Positions 14,070 to 24,470 of a DNA stretch of 64,000 bases are shown one piece after another. The position numbers and the translations under genes were made by a program. The notes below the pieces were generated by a model. That model saw nothing but the letters and a program-made list of their open reading frames with translations. It had not been told where the DNA came from and ran no database searches. The DNA is from Vicugna vicugna (taxonomy: Eukaryota): contig MU057521.1 in the NCBI GenBank assembly GCA_013265495.1, positions 558,001-622,000 on the forward strand, in the 5' to 3' direction. Within the stretch, counting starts at the first letter, position 1; each line of letters starts with the position of its first letter.

Positions 14070-14520
14070 ATTAATCAGAAATCTTGACTGGAAGTGCCAG
14101 AACCCCAAACCAAAACTAGTTTTCTCAAAAACAGAAATTTATTGGCTTCCCCAATTGCTAAGTAAAGGATAGAGCTGAATTCAGATATAGCTGGATCCAA
14201 GCACCCCTATGATACCAGCTCTTCTTCTCTCTCCTTCTCATTCTGCTCACTCTTGCAGTCACTTCTCGTATCTGCTGTGTGCTGAGTTCTTTTCTGTCTT
14301 CTTGCAGATGGGCTACGACCATGAGGCCAGGGCTGGCCTCCCAGGAGACTCAACTTCTCCAGCTTCCCAACCCAGCAAAAAGGAAGAAACTTTCTCTCCA
14401 AATGCTAATCTACGGGTTCGAGGGAAGAACTCTGAGTCCAGGGAAACGGGGTCATGGATCACATGCTAATTATTGTGGTCAGAAGAAAGCAAATCTAGCA
14501 AAAGCCATGATGTATGTGCA
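14070..14520 (-). mobile_element. MLT1J/K MaLR LTR within L2 fragments
   Basis: aaatttattggct...ttcagatatagctggatcca...gggaagaactctga motifs. Confidence 0.65.
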
Positions 14521-14829
14521 CTGGGCAGACAAAATAAAGGAAGGTGTGTTGAGACAGCTCACCCAGGTGCTTTCACGCTATGGAAATCCACTAATGTTTT
14601 AAACCTGAAAACCACATAACCAAAATACTCTCTTAAGAAGGCTACACGAAGAATTGGAAGCTAGAGGAAAAGGAATATGGAGAGGTGAGTTGAGAGGCTC
14701 ATCCAGGAGTCTAGGACTGAGGGCATAAAAGTCGACTAAAATAGAGAACATAGACACAAGAAATATTTAGGGAGAAGAAAATCAATGGAATAAGGAAAGT
14801 GATCAAATATGGGAGAGGGAGATTTCAAT

Positions 14830-15520
14830 GATAATTCATTCAATAAATATTCATGAGTGTCAGTTTTGTTTTAGATACTGGTGAATAACAGCAGACAGGA
14901 TGTCTGCATCATAGTGCTTACATTCCTCTGGTGAATATGGGAAGGGACATATAAACTGAGAAATAAGTAATATAATTTCAGTTCCTAATAGATGCTCTGA
15001 AGAGAAAAAAAAAGTATAAATGGCATAGAGAGTGGTGAGTGGAAGTGCTACTTTGGGTACGGAAGTCTGAGAAGGTCTTTAAAGGAAGTGACACGAGCTG
15101 AGAGCTGCATGGTGAGAAGCAAGCAGCCCCACGAGGAACTGGGAGAGAAGTGTGCAGGGAGAGGGGCCAGCAAGAGAAAAGACCCTAAGACAGGAACAAG
15201 CGTAGCAGAGGAGAGAGCCAGAAAGAAGTGCAGGGAGCAGAGAGGAGAGGAGAACAGCATCAGACAAGGGCCAGAAAGGAGACAGGATTGTATTCCACTT
15301 GCCATGGAAATTCAGCAGAGGATTCAGAGCAAGCAAGAGATGTGATGTCATTTGGGCTTTATACAGACCACCTAGGCTGGACTGCAGGCAGGCGTGAAGC
15401 AGGAAGAAGCCATTATCAAGTTATCATGGTGGCCCGGACAAGAGGCGGTGGTGGCTTAGGCTGGGGTGCTGGCAGTGGAGATGGTGTTAGACAATCGAAG
15501 AGATTCAAACTGTTGTGCCT
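14830..15520 (-). mobile_element. L2 3' portion
   Basis: ttcattcaataaatatt tail, gtgcttacattc, purine-rich L2 body. Confidence 0.75.
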
Positions 15521-18500
15521 GAGTGAAATACAGCATTATTATCAAGAGAAAACTAGACATGGTTGAAGTATTTTTTCACACTTAAACCTGTATACATCTA
15601 CCACTCAGGCGATGTCCAAACCATTGGGCGACACTCCCTGATCCAGGGCAAGAGCCCACAAGTGCTTCCTTCCAACTCCACAGAGGAGGAAACATGAACG
15701 TGTGCCTAAGAAATGCTTTTGACTACAACTTTTAACCAACGGTGGAAGACTATTGACAACAGCTATTTCTGATATAGGAAAAGCCCTAAAGGATGCCCCA
15801 AAGGGGAAAAAAAGGATGAGAAGGAATATAAAAAATAAATCAAAATGAAATTTTTAAAAGGAAAATTATTTCACAGAGGAATTCTTGAAAACTTCATAGA
15901 AAAAAAATGAGCTCTTTTGGCCTCTGGCTTTTACAAATTTTGTACAACAAAAAAGGCATGATTCCCTCCCTCTTCTTCACTTTCTTCTTTCTATTAAATT
16001 TTTGGTGGTTTTTCAGAACAAAAAATATTACAGAGCTATTTCTGTACATTGCTGTTTAAAGAGTAAATGTCCACAGATTTTCTGGAGGAGATTTTAGGCA
16101 GAATGTATAAAAGTAAAACATACTTATATCCTTTATTCTACTAGTTAATTTTCAAAATTTATTCTATATAAATTTAAATATATAAAAATTATTAATTATA
16201 CATATTTTAACTGAGATATATATATATATCAGTTAAGAATCTGAAATAATCTAAATGAATAATACTAGGGGGTTGACTTTAATACCATAAATAAGTTTTC
16301 TGTATCCTTGTTGCTTTGAAATATAAACACTCATGGGCAGAAGGGAATCTAGAGAAATCTAACAGAAAGGTCTTCCAGGATCTCACTGGGTAAGGAAAAG
16401 CCTTCATCTGGTATCCGGTTTATAATCCCAGAATAGCACTAAGAAAGTGAAATTCTGGCTTTGTCAAAAGAAATCCCTGGATCATCTGACATTCCAGGCC
16501 TCAAATTCCAGTCCTGAAAGGAAAACAGCCAATAAAAAAGAAAGGACCAAAAGAATAAATTAAAAAGTCCCGTGGAGCTACAGGTTCATCATGTTGGGAC
16601 TGAGTCAGCAGACGAGCACTGTGAGACTGGAGACAGAGCAGCTCTGTCCGCCATATTTGTTTACATGTTGATCCTGGAATCGTCTGTGTTTTGTAATGTT
16701 GCTCCCCCCGGGCATTCATTGGCCCTATCAGATATCAATTTCTATTCTGTTCCTTGAGATGTCTATAAATCTTTAGTCTCAGTCTTTATTAAGTTTAAAG
16801 ACGGGAACCAAGGAGCCACAACAAAGAAGATACAAAGAACTAGTTGTCACTGGCTGCCTCGGTTTTATGCTGAAAATAAAGAGACAGAGAGAAAGAGAAC
16901 CAAGGCATGTAGAAAAGAATGAGAACACTTCGCAGTTACATCAGTGGCTGTCTGTGACACCAGCACCCTGTCTTCTTTGGGCCACCTCTGAATTATTTTT
17001 TACAATTAATGGGAGAACTGAAGAAATAAATCGCAGAAAACTTAACTGCAGGTGCTAACCCTGAATACAATACTTTTGGCAGACAATTTAATCTGATGGC
17101 TTCATGTACTGAGTCAAAAGAGAAAGAAAACATCATGTGTTTATATTTTAATGATTTACATTTTTAATTAGTGACTTCAAAGATTGTTAACAAACCTGGG
17201 TTTGGCCCCTCAAATATATAATTTTAATTAGTGTCCAAATTTCTCCAATATTTTAAAGAATGCATTTAGGGCTTATTTTCCCTGGAGTGATAAATATCTT
17301 AGTACACTGCGACAAAACCCACTTTAGAACTTCTAAAAACACAAATGTGTTATAAACAAGATTCATATTTTGGTGACTCTGGTTTAACGTTTATTTAAAA
17401 GGTAACCATGTGCCCTTGGTTATGATGACATTTGTACTGCACTCATTTGGCAAAATTCTCCAGAGACATCATTTATGTTTAACAAAACATACTTGGTGCA
17501 ATCAAAGCTGTATTTGAATGGCCTCATTTGCAGTAGTATCATCTCCTAACATTGGCCTCTGCTTTGGACACAGAAAAAAGAAAGAAACTATCCAGATCCT
17601 ATTTTTTTTTCTGTTTTCTCTGACATTTAGTAGTTTGTCATGATTGAAAAACACGACTTTTTGTTTCTTATACATGGTGATGTAGGCTCTTGCCTGGAAA
17701 CTTTTTAACATCAGCCAGTTTCCCACTCAAGAAAGAGTAAAAGGACCTGACACTGCCATGGGAGTAGATGCCAGATCCATCGAGGTGTCTGAGGGGACAT
17801 TTACATCTTAATGACAAAACTGTTCCCAGTTCCTACATTAATAGGAAGACTGATGTAAAAGATCCAAGTTCAGTGGGAACATAATCATCGTGTAAGTTGT
17901 ACGAACAATTCACCAATGTGATTGGGACACCAAAGACTTCAACTGTTGAATAAGCAATTACCCAAAGGTCACCTTTTTCCACAGAACCATGATGGTCAAA
18001 GCAATGAGGCAACAGCCCAATGTGATTAACAGTTTGACATTGGTTGAAGAATCTGAAACTCCCACAGCGCAGCTTGAGAGTATTTATTTTGGGAAATACA
18101 GTGGTGACTGACTGTGGCCATTAGCTTTTTCCTGTTGTGATCTTCCTTTTTTCATTTTGTGTGAGATTAATTTGTGACTGAGATTTATTAGCCTAAAGGA
18201 GGCTGGGGTTGATGAGATTTTGCTGATATACTGCGTAGAACACACATCAAGTCAAAGAGAAAAGATGAAAAATTGAAATGATAAAGTTGCATTGCTAGCT
18301 TGTTGCTGAAGTAATTGAAGTGGCTTGTGTTGTGCGGTGCTGTGATGGGTAGAAATAAAATATGTACAAATTTATCTAGATCATCCTTCTGAAGAAAGGA
18401 ACTATAAAATATTTTCCCTCTCTATTTACGTGTTGAGGAAATCTCCCAATTCTTTTTTGACAGTGATATTGAAGCAAAACGAAAATGAAACCCATTCAGA

Positions 18501-20089
18501 ATAAGCTCCAGAAGTGAAGCCAGCTATTATCCATGGAAATAGGCGTAAGGGTTAGCATAGATAATTGAAATATGAGCATAATGTAAAAACAGCGTTTTGT
18601 CTATTAGGTGAAACCACAACTCCATATAATTTCTTTTTAACAGAACTGAAACAGCAAAATGAATTCAATTTTTTTAACCTTCCCAACTTTCCCTCTGATG
18701 GAGATTCAAATTATCAGTGAAATGCCCAAAAACTACATATGCACCAGAATATTTTAAAAATGAGTAAAAAAGCAAGGTCCATGACACTCATAGAGCACCA
18801 GAATATCAGCTCCACAAGAACAGGGATCTGTAGCTCAAGTGTCCCATGTGCCTGGAGTTATGTTGGCACATGAAAGATGCCCAATGGGCCTTTGATGAAT
18901 TAACAAAATGCACAATCAGTCTTTTACTGCTGAGAACTGACTAGCTGGTGTGGGTAAGACTCCATATATTTCTTCACTTTTGAGAACTGTTTGGCAGATA
19001 AATGTCACTTGGAAATCTGGTGCTCTATGGCAGTCCACTAGAGCAGGACCCTGGATAGGGGACCACAACACAAGTCTAGTGGACATGGATTTTCCTGGAA
19101 GGCAGTATGGCTGGAGATGACATTTCCCCCACATCCACTGCCTCGAGGGTTGCAGAGATTTCAGAGTTAGGAGAGCTTCTCCCTCTGAAGACCACGATGC
19201 TATTCCAGGACAGTTCTACCCAACCTCAGTTCTTTCATTTTTTGTTACTCAAACACATAACACTGAGCAGGTATTAGAGGTCCTTCATAGCACTGAGCAA
19301 ACAAGAGTCCACACATCACTGTCTTCTCCACCCTTTTTCTAACCCAGTATTCTCATGCAAGTGAAACAAGGTTTAAATCAGTGGGATGCCATAAAAGGAA
19401 AAAAAAGGCACAAAAGGAACATTTGAGGGAGATTTATAATAGTTAACATGTTTCACTTTGATGAGTGAAGGCTGCAAGAACTGAGTGCACGTAAGAGACT
19501 CCTGGTGTTGGAGGCGTGGGGAGAGGTCTTTCTTGTACCACCCAGAATCATTTCCTCCCACTTCAGACTGCCTTGCACATTACCTTGACAGCAAACCAGG
19601 AGTCTGTGTTCCCAAAGTGTGTTTATTTTCAATGTCCTAGGGAAAATTCTAACCTTAATCCCAAGAAGAACCTCTCACTGTTTTATTTCTGTATTATTTC
19701 AGTTCTCCTCACAGCAACCTGTGTTCCAAAGGGCACCATGAATATACTTCACGTTTCCTGAATGAAAGCTCAGCTGGCACCAAGGGACTCCATTATGGCC
19801 CTGCTCTCTCCTCTGACAGCTCCGATGACAACAGGGAATACCTAAGACCCTTCTCTGCATCCACCTCTAGAAGGACATCAAAGTTTCAAGCTGCCCAAGA
19901 CAGAAGAAGCTCCTCACCAACAGAGGAGTGGCTAAAGAGAGCTGGTTCTGGACATTTATTAGCTGTGTGACCTTGGGCAAGTCACCTAATTATCATGAGG
20001 CTTATTCTGTTCACGTGTTACATGGAAGTACAACAGAGCCCACCTCTGAAGGCTGTTGTGGTAAGTAATTGTATGTTAGATACTGGGCA

Positions 20090-20578
20090 CAAATAAAGTA
20101 TTGATCCACGCTACAACTTGAGTGAGTATTGAAAATATTATGCTAGACAATGAATATATGTATGTTCCTGTGTAACTAAAAAATTGTGCTCTACACTGGA
20201 ATTTGACACAACACTGTAAAATGACTATAACGCAATAAAAAATGTTAAAAAAAGAAAATATTATGCTAAGTGAAAGACACCAGTTATAAAGACCACGCAC
20301 TGATTCCATTCGTATGAAGGTCGGTCCAGGATAAAGAAAACTGTATAGAAAGGAGATTGAGTGGTTGCTCAGGGCTGGCAGTGGGGGTGGAGGGAAAGGA
20401 GGAGAGCAGCTAAAGGGTACAGGGTTTCTTTTGAGGTGATACAAATGTTCTAAAACTGACTGCGGTGACAGTTGCACATATCCATGACGATCTTCATAAA
20501 AACCATTGAATTGTACACTTTGAATGGATGAATTGTAAATATGTGACTTATATTTCAATAAAGCTGTCCTTAAAAAGA
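20090..20578 (+). mobile_element. L1MB-type 3' end
   Basis: tatgctaagtgaaag, gggtacagggtttctttt, ccattgaattgtacacttt, aataaagctg. Confidence 0.85.
20146..20253 (+). mobile_element. Young 5'-truncated camelid-type L1 3' end
   Basis: Perfect 15-bp TSD GAAAATATTATGCTA (20131-20145 and 20254-20268), AATAAA and A tail. Confidence 0.85.
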
Positions 20579-20789
20579 GATTTAGCACAGCACCTGCTCC
20601 ATATTTAATATCTGAAAAATGTCCATCATTATCATTTATTAATTCATTCAAAAGATACTGATTAAGTTTCTAATATAACTGGCACTGTTCTTCTTGTTCT
20701 TGATCTTCTTATCATTGTGTACCATTCTTATAGTTTAAAATTTGTGTGTGTGTGAAATATGCAAAGGTTTTGATGAGGCAGGAACAGTC

Positions 20790-21277
20790 TGTAATGGGGA
20801 AGAGCAAATCTGACTCCGTATGGGTCTGTTTCTCTTACTTTAACCTTTGTGTGCTATTGCTTTTGCTAAAGGTTAATCACTAAGGGGAGGTTGCCTATAA
20901 ACTTAAATTATACATAACGGCCCATCTCTGGGAGTCCTACCTCCTAGATAATAAGCATTAAGCTAAAATACCTTTGTTAAGCTCTCAGGAAACAACCTGA
21001 CCAGGCCCACCTGTGAGTGACCGCAAGAAGGAAGAAATGAACACATTCCCTCCTCTGGAGGCTGACCAGAACCAGGCCGAGTTTGACTTTACTCCGCCTT
21101 TTAGTATAAAAGAAGCATGAATTCCAAGTCAGGCAAGATGGTGCTTTGGGACACTAGTCCACCATCCACTCAATCTGCTGACTTTCTAAATAAAGTCATT
21201 ATTCCTGGCCCCAACAACTCGTCTCGTAATTTACTGGCCTGTTGTGCAGCGAGCAGTAAAGCTTGGACTCAGTAACA
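20790..21277 (+). mobile_element. ERV1 solo LTR (MER41-like)
   Basis: TGTAA...TAACA termini, 4-bp TSD AGTC, TATAAA 21105-21110, AATAAA 21189-21194. Confidence 0.9.
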
Positions 21278-22113
21278 AGTCCATAATGTTATTCTGACTA
21301 AACTGCCTCCTTGAAAAGATAAAATTAATTTAGATGAATAAAATGTTTTCACTGTGAAGTTTTTACCTTTAGAAGCAGTCACTGAAACCCTGAAACCTTG
21401 TAGGCATCTCGAGAATACCAACAAAAAAGTCTTAATTTATTCAAAACTAGAGTTTATTTATAGTCAACTTAGAAAGTTTTCTAAATGAGAAATACATAAT
21501 TTAGTGACAGCAGAGCAGTTCTGTTTCTGTGGGCTTGAGTGTTTCATATTTAAGAAACATAGAAATGAAATTCTGCATTGAATGGTTTAAGCCCAGTAAC
21601 AAAATCTACAAGCCATATTTGAATCTCACAAGACACTAGACAATTATTCTAAGTAGCTCTACAAATGCCATCAGCCCTACTACTTTTCCCATGACTTTTA
21701 TAAAATAATCAAATCCCACTTCCTTTTGCCTTTCTCTCCACCTTCAATCACTGTCCTTTTTATCTTCCACCAAAGACTACAGGTAACGGGTAAAATAATA
21801 GATTTGTAACCCAAATATTAAAGAAAAGACAAGGAAAAAAATAGGACCCTCAAATCCTATGTCCAAATGGGAAATTCTTTTACAACAAAACATTTGGATC
21901 TGCTTCAGCAAGTACAGAGCTTTCAATGGCATTGGGTATGCCAAGCTGGCATGCGTGCCAGCTCAAAGCTGGTTGTTTTAACCATAATTGGGTCTCTGAG
22001 CACAAAAGAGAACAAAGAAGCAAACTTAAAAGACAAAGCAGCCAGCCGCCAGATGCCCCCTGTGAATCCTCACTCCTTTATTTTTTTTATTTCAGACCAG
22101 ATAGGCTACTCAC

Positions 22114-22380
22114 CAGAGCGCTCCCTCGACTTTCTCGTAAATTCTCAGAAACCAGGGCCAAGTAGAAGGCACTGAAGGCACCCGTGGAACCCAATCTCTC
22201 CTAGAGATTCACTGATGCCTTGGCTGCTGGGGCCGGAGCCCACTGGAAAAGTAAATCTGTGCTGGTGAAAGATTTTTATTTTAAAATGTTTTCCTGGTGT
22301 CCTCTCTTTCTCCATAAATACGCCATGGGTTTGTCCCTTCATACTGTTTTCTAAACCACCAAGAGGTATTGAAAAAGAGG
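22114..22380 (-). pseudogene. Decayed L1 ORF1 RRM-like segment
   Basis: SIPLGGLE..(EGTNP)..FMEK resembles NIRLVGLPE..EGxNP..FME; WFLRIYEKVEGAL resembles RFLxYxDKExIL. Confidence 0.55.
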
Positions 22381-23109
22381 AGAAAAACTGCCCTAAAAAC
22401 ATGGTATCCTAGGAAGCATTTTTCCTTATGGACATATTCAGGATTCCTTCCCAAGCAGAGTCTGAAGCAAACCAAATTGAAAAGACTGGAAGAGCAGGAA
22501 TGAACTCAAGGTCTTTGGACTAATTTCCATGGGGATGACACCTATCTCTCTTCTCCTTGAACTCACAGTTAACTTACTTAGCCTGCTATATTACTAACAC
22601 AGTCAACTGAAATCGTTAAAACATTTAGAAGTATTTGTAGAAGAAAACTCTTGGTTTCATTTTTATAAATAGACCGGGCTATATAAAGCACAATTATGAT
22701 AATAATAATCACAAGTGAGTTTTCCCTTCTATTAAGGCATACTTTATTGATGAATTAAATTTCCTGAGTTTCTGATACAACTCGGTCCTTGTAAACACAA
22801 CTACATTTACCTTAATACAGTTATTTGTCAGGAATTCTTGACACGTGCCTTGTTCCTATGGTTTTAGCCTTGTGATAGTTTTCTAGCTCAACCCCAAGTT
22901 TCTGGAGGACAGTGACGGCTTCTTCTCACTTATTTTTACTCCCTCTTCCCTCACACAGTGTCTGGCACATAGTAGGGATCCAGAAATTGCTCCTGAAATA
23001 AGTGGATTATCATCTGAGGCACTGATGTATACTTGGCTTCATTTTACAGACCTCTGACCAGTTTCGGCAAATTCGCTCATAAAACGTCAGCTTAAAACCA
23101 TCACACATT

Positions 23110-24470
23110 TTCATGGATTGATGCCCAAATTATGCTTGAGAAAGGAACGTCACCATGCCTCCCCTTTCAGTGGGTCTTGATAATTGCTGGCTAGGAGTCA
23201 TTCATGGTCATTTTATTCCGTTTCAGCAAAATACTTCCTGTTACCTTGGGGATTAAATGTGCTGAGAAAGTCCTAGCTGGTCTGCTAACTTCCCCTCCAA
23301 ACTGTACTGGCTCGCTCTTTCCCACTGTTCTCCCAGATCCAGAACCCCACTGTCATGGGAACCCACATCACGGTAGACAGATATGAGGCCTTTCCTCTCT
23401 GCTTGCGATCAAAGCCACTGGCAGTTAGCCTGGGATGGGAGGAATGCACGCCCAGGGCTCCTGGCGACTACTGGACCTACACCCTGTCTCTCTCTCTCAC
23501 ACGCTTCATTCTTTGCTTTCTGTTAAGGATCTGTATTGACTTTGTGGAACCATGCAGCAAGCTGTAAATGATGCATTTAATGAAAAGTCCTTGCCTAGTG
23601 CTCTGAGAGAGAACACAACAATGTAGGGCAATCATTGCTGGGCAGCGATGGGTGTTGTAATATCACATTCGTCTGTTTCACCGGCAAGAGAGATGTACCG
23701 ATTGGCAATATTTCCAGGGTACATAGTAAAAAATACTAGCTAATGTTTTAATCATATCCACTATTTGCTGTTTCTCCTGTCCCTGTCGCAGTAATCCTTT
23801 ATATTTTAAAGATTGGTGACTCTTTCGTCTGAATGCCCCAAATTCTATATCCTGAAAAGATGCACAAAAGGATTTTGAGTGATTACTTTTTGGAGGAATT
23901 ACAATAAAATTTTGATTTCTGCAGAGCTCTGTAGTTATTGCTGCTATCCTTGTATTTCAACATGGAACTTCAGGTTTATTGAAAAGACTGATTTTTCTCC
24001 CAGTTTCTCTTTCTTTCTATTTCTCTCTTAAAAACAGACAAAATAAATAGGATTTGGCCTTTTCTAACAACGCCAGAAGTTCAATCTGAGTGACCAAGTC
24101 CAACTGAAAGAGGCAACTGATGGTGACAGACAATCTACATGGTGTGGCTGGTTTGGATGAGGCTGGAGATGCTCCTCAGGGCCCTAGCACCCTGCCCGAT
24201 CATTCACACCAATGGTGGGTGAAGAAACGTGCTGTCGCTGAATTTCATTCTCCAGGGTGACCACACACAGTGCCCTGGCATGCTGAGCATGCATTTCCTG
24301 AGGTAGCCAGATTCGCAGTCCACCAGCTGGTGTGTTAAGAGGTGCTCCCTGTTACTGAACAGCCCTGAGACCAGAGCAACAGATTCAACCAACAACCGCC
24401 ACAGGGTAGCAGCCCAGGATTCTTCCAGCTAGCTCCTGGTCCTGCAGCCGGCTGACCTGCAGCTCTGCAG
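23110..24470 (+). repeat. Inverted copy of the LINE 3'-end/next-unit junction (homologous to ~9620-11420)
   Basis: TGTATTGACTTTGTGGAA at 23532-23549 is the exact reverse complement of 11031-11048, with colinear flanking similarity. Confidence 0.75.

Larger units (their letters stand above)
11230..18292 (-). pseudogene. Decayed LINE ORF2 (APE endonuclease + RT + C-terminal region) of copy B
   Basis: Ordered motif remnants: QINLTQNE (QETHL), VEVFGVPITLVN..HDD, LM*ELGTVL (GGDFNTVL), KLADV, DLDSFF (RIDxF), SNTALI (SDHA), LWRI, LEVLKWVL (WEALKAVL), KYCIQG, KAF..V..W..FLL..RF (~16400), KLYKPNF and VGKMDIVTTN (~12750-12660), SKKAGSM..PSNF (~12500), HYLQCRDLV (~12120), W*DP..TPT (~11290). Confidence 0.75.
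19940..20620 (+). mobile_element. MIR split by an L1MB insertion
   Basis: agctgtgtgaccttgggcaagtcac before and tttagcacagcacctg after the L1. Confidence 0.75.

Noticed and set aside
17758..18360. Plus-strand processed pseudogene (ATG at 17758, AATAAA near 18354)
   Set aside because: Plus frames are full of stops with no recognisable protein; better explained by the minus-strand endonuclease remnant.
20076..20651. 191-aa minus-strand ORF
   Set aside because: Antisense to nested L1 3'UTRs and a MIR; non-coding origin.
9620..24470. Terminal inverted repeats of a single giant transposon
   Set aside because: The inverted segment includes ORF2 C-terminal sequence and the unit continues beyond both ends, so it is a secondary inverted duplication rather than TIRs.
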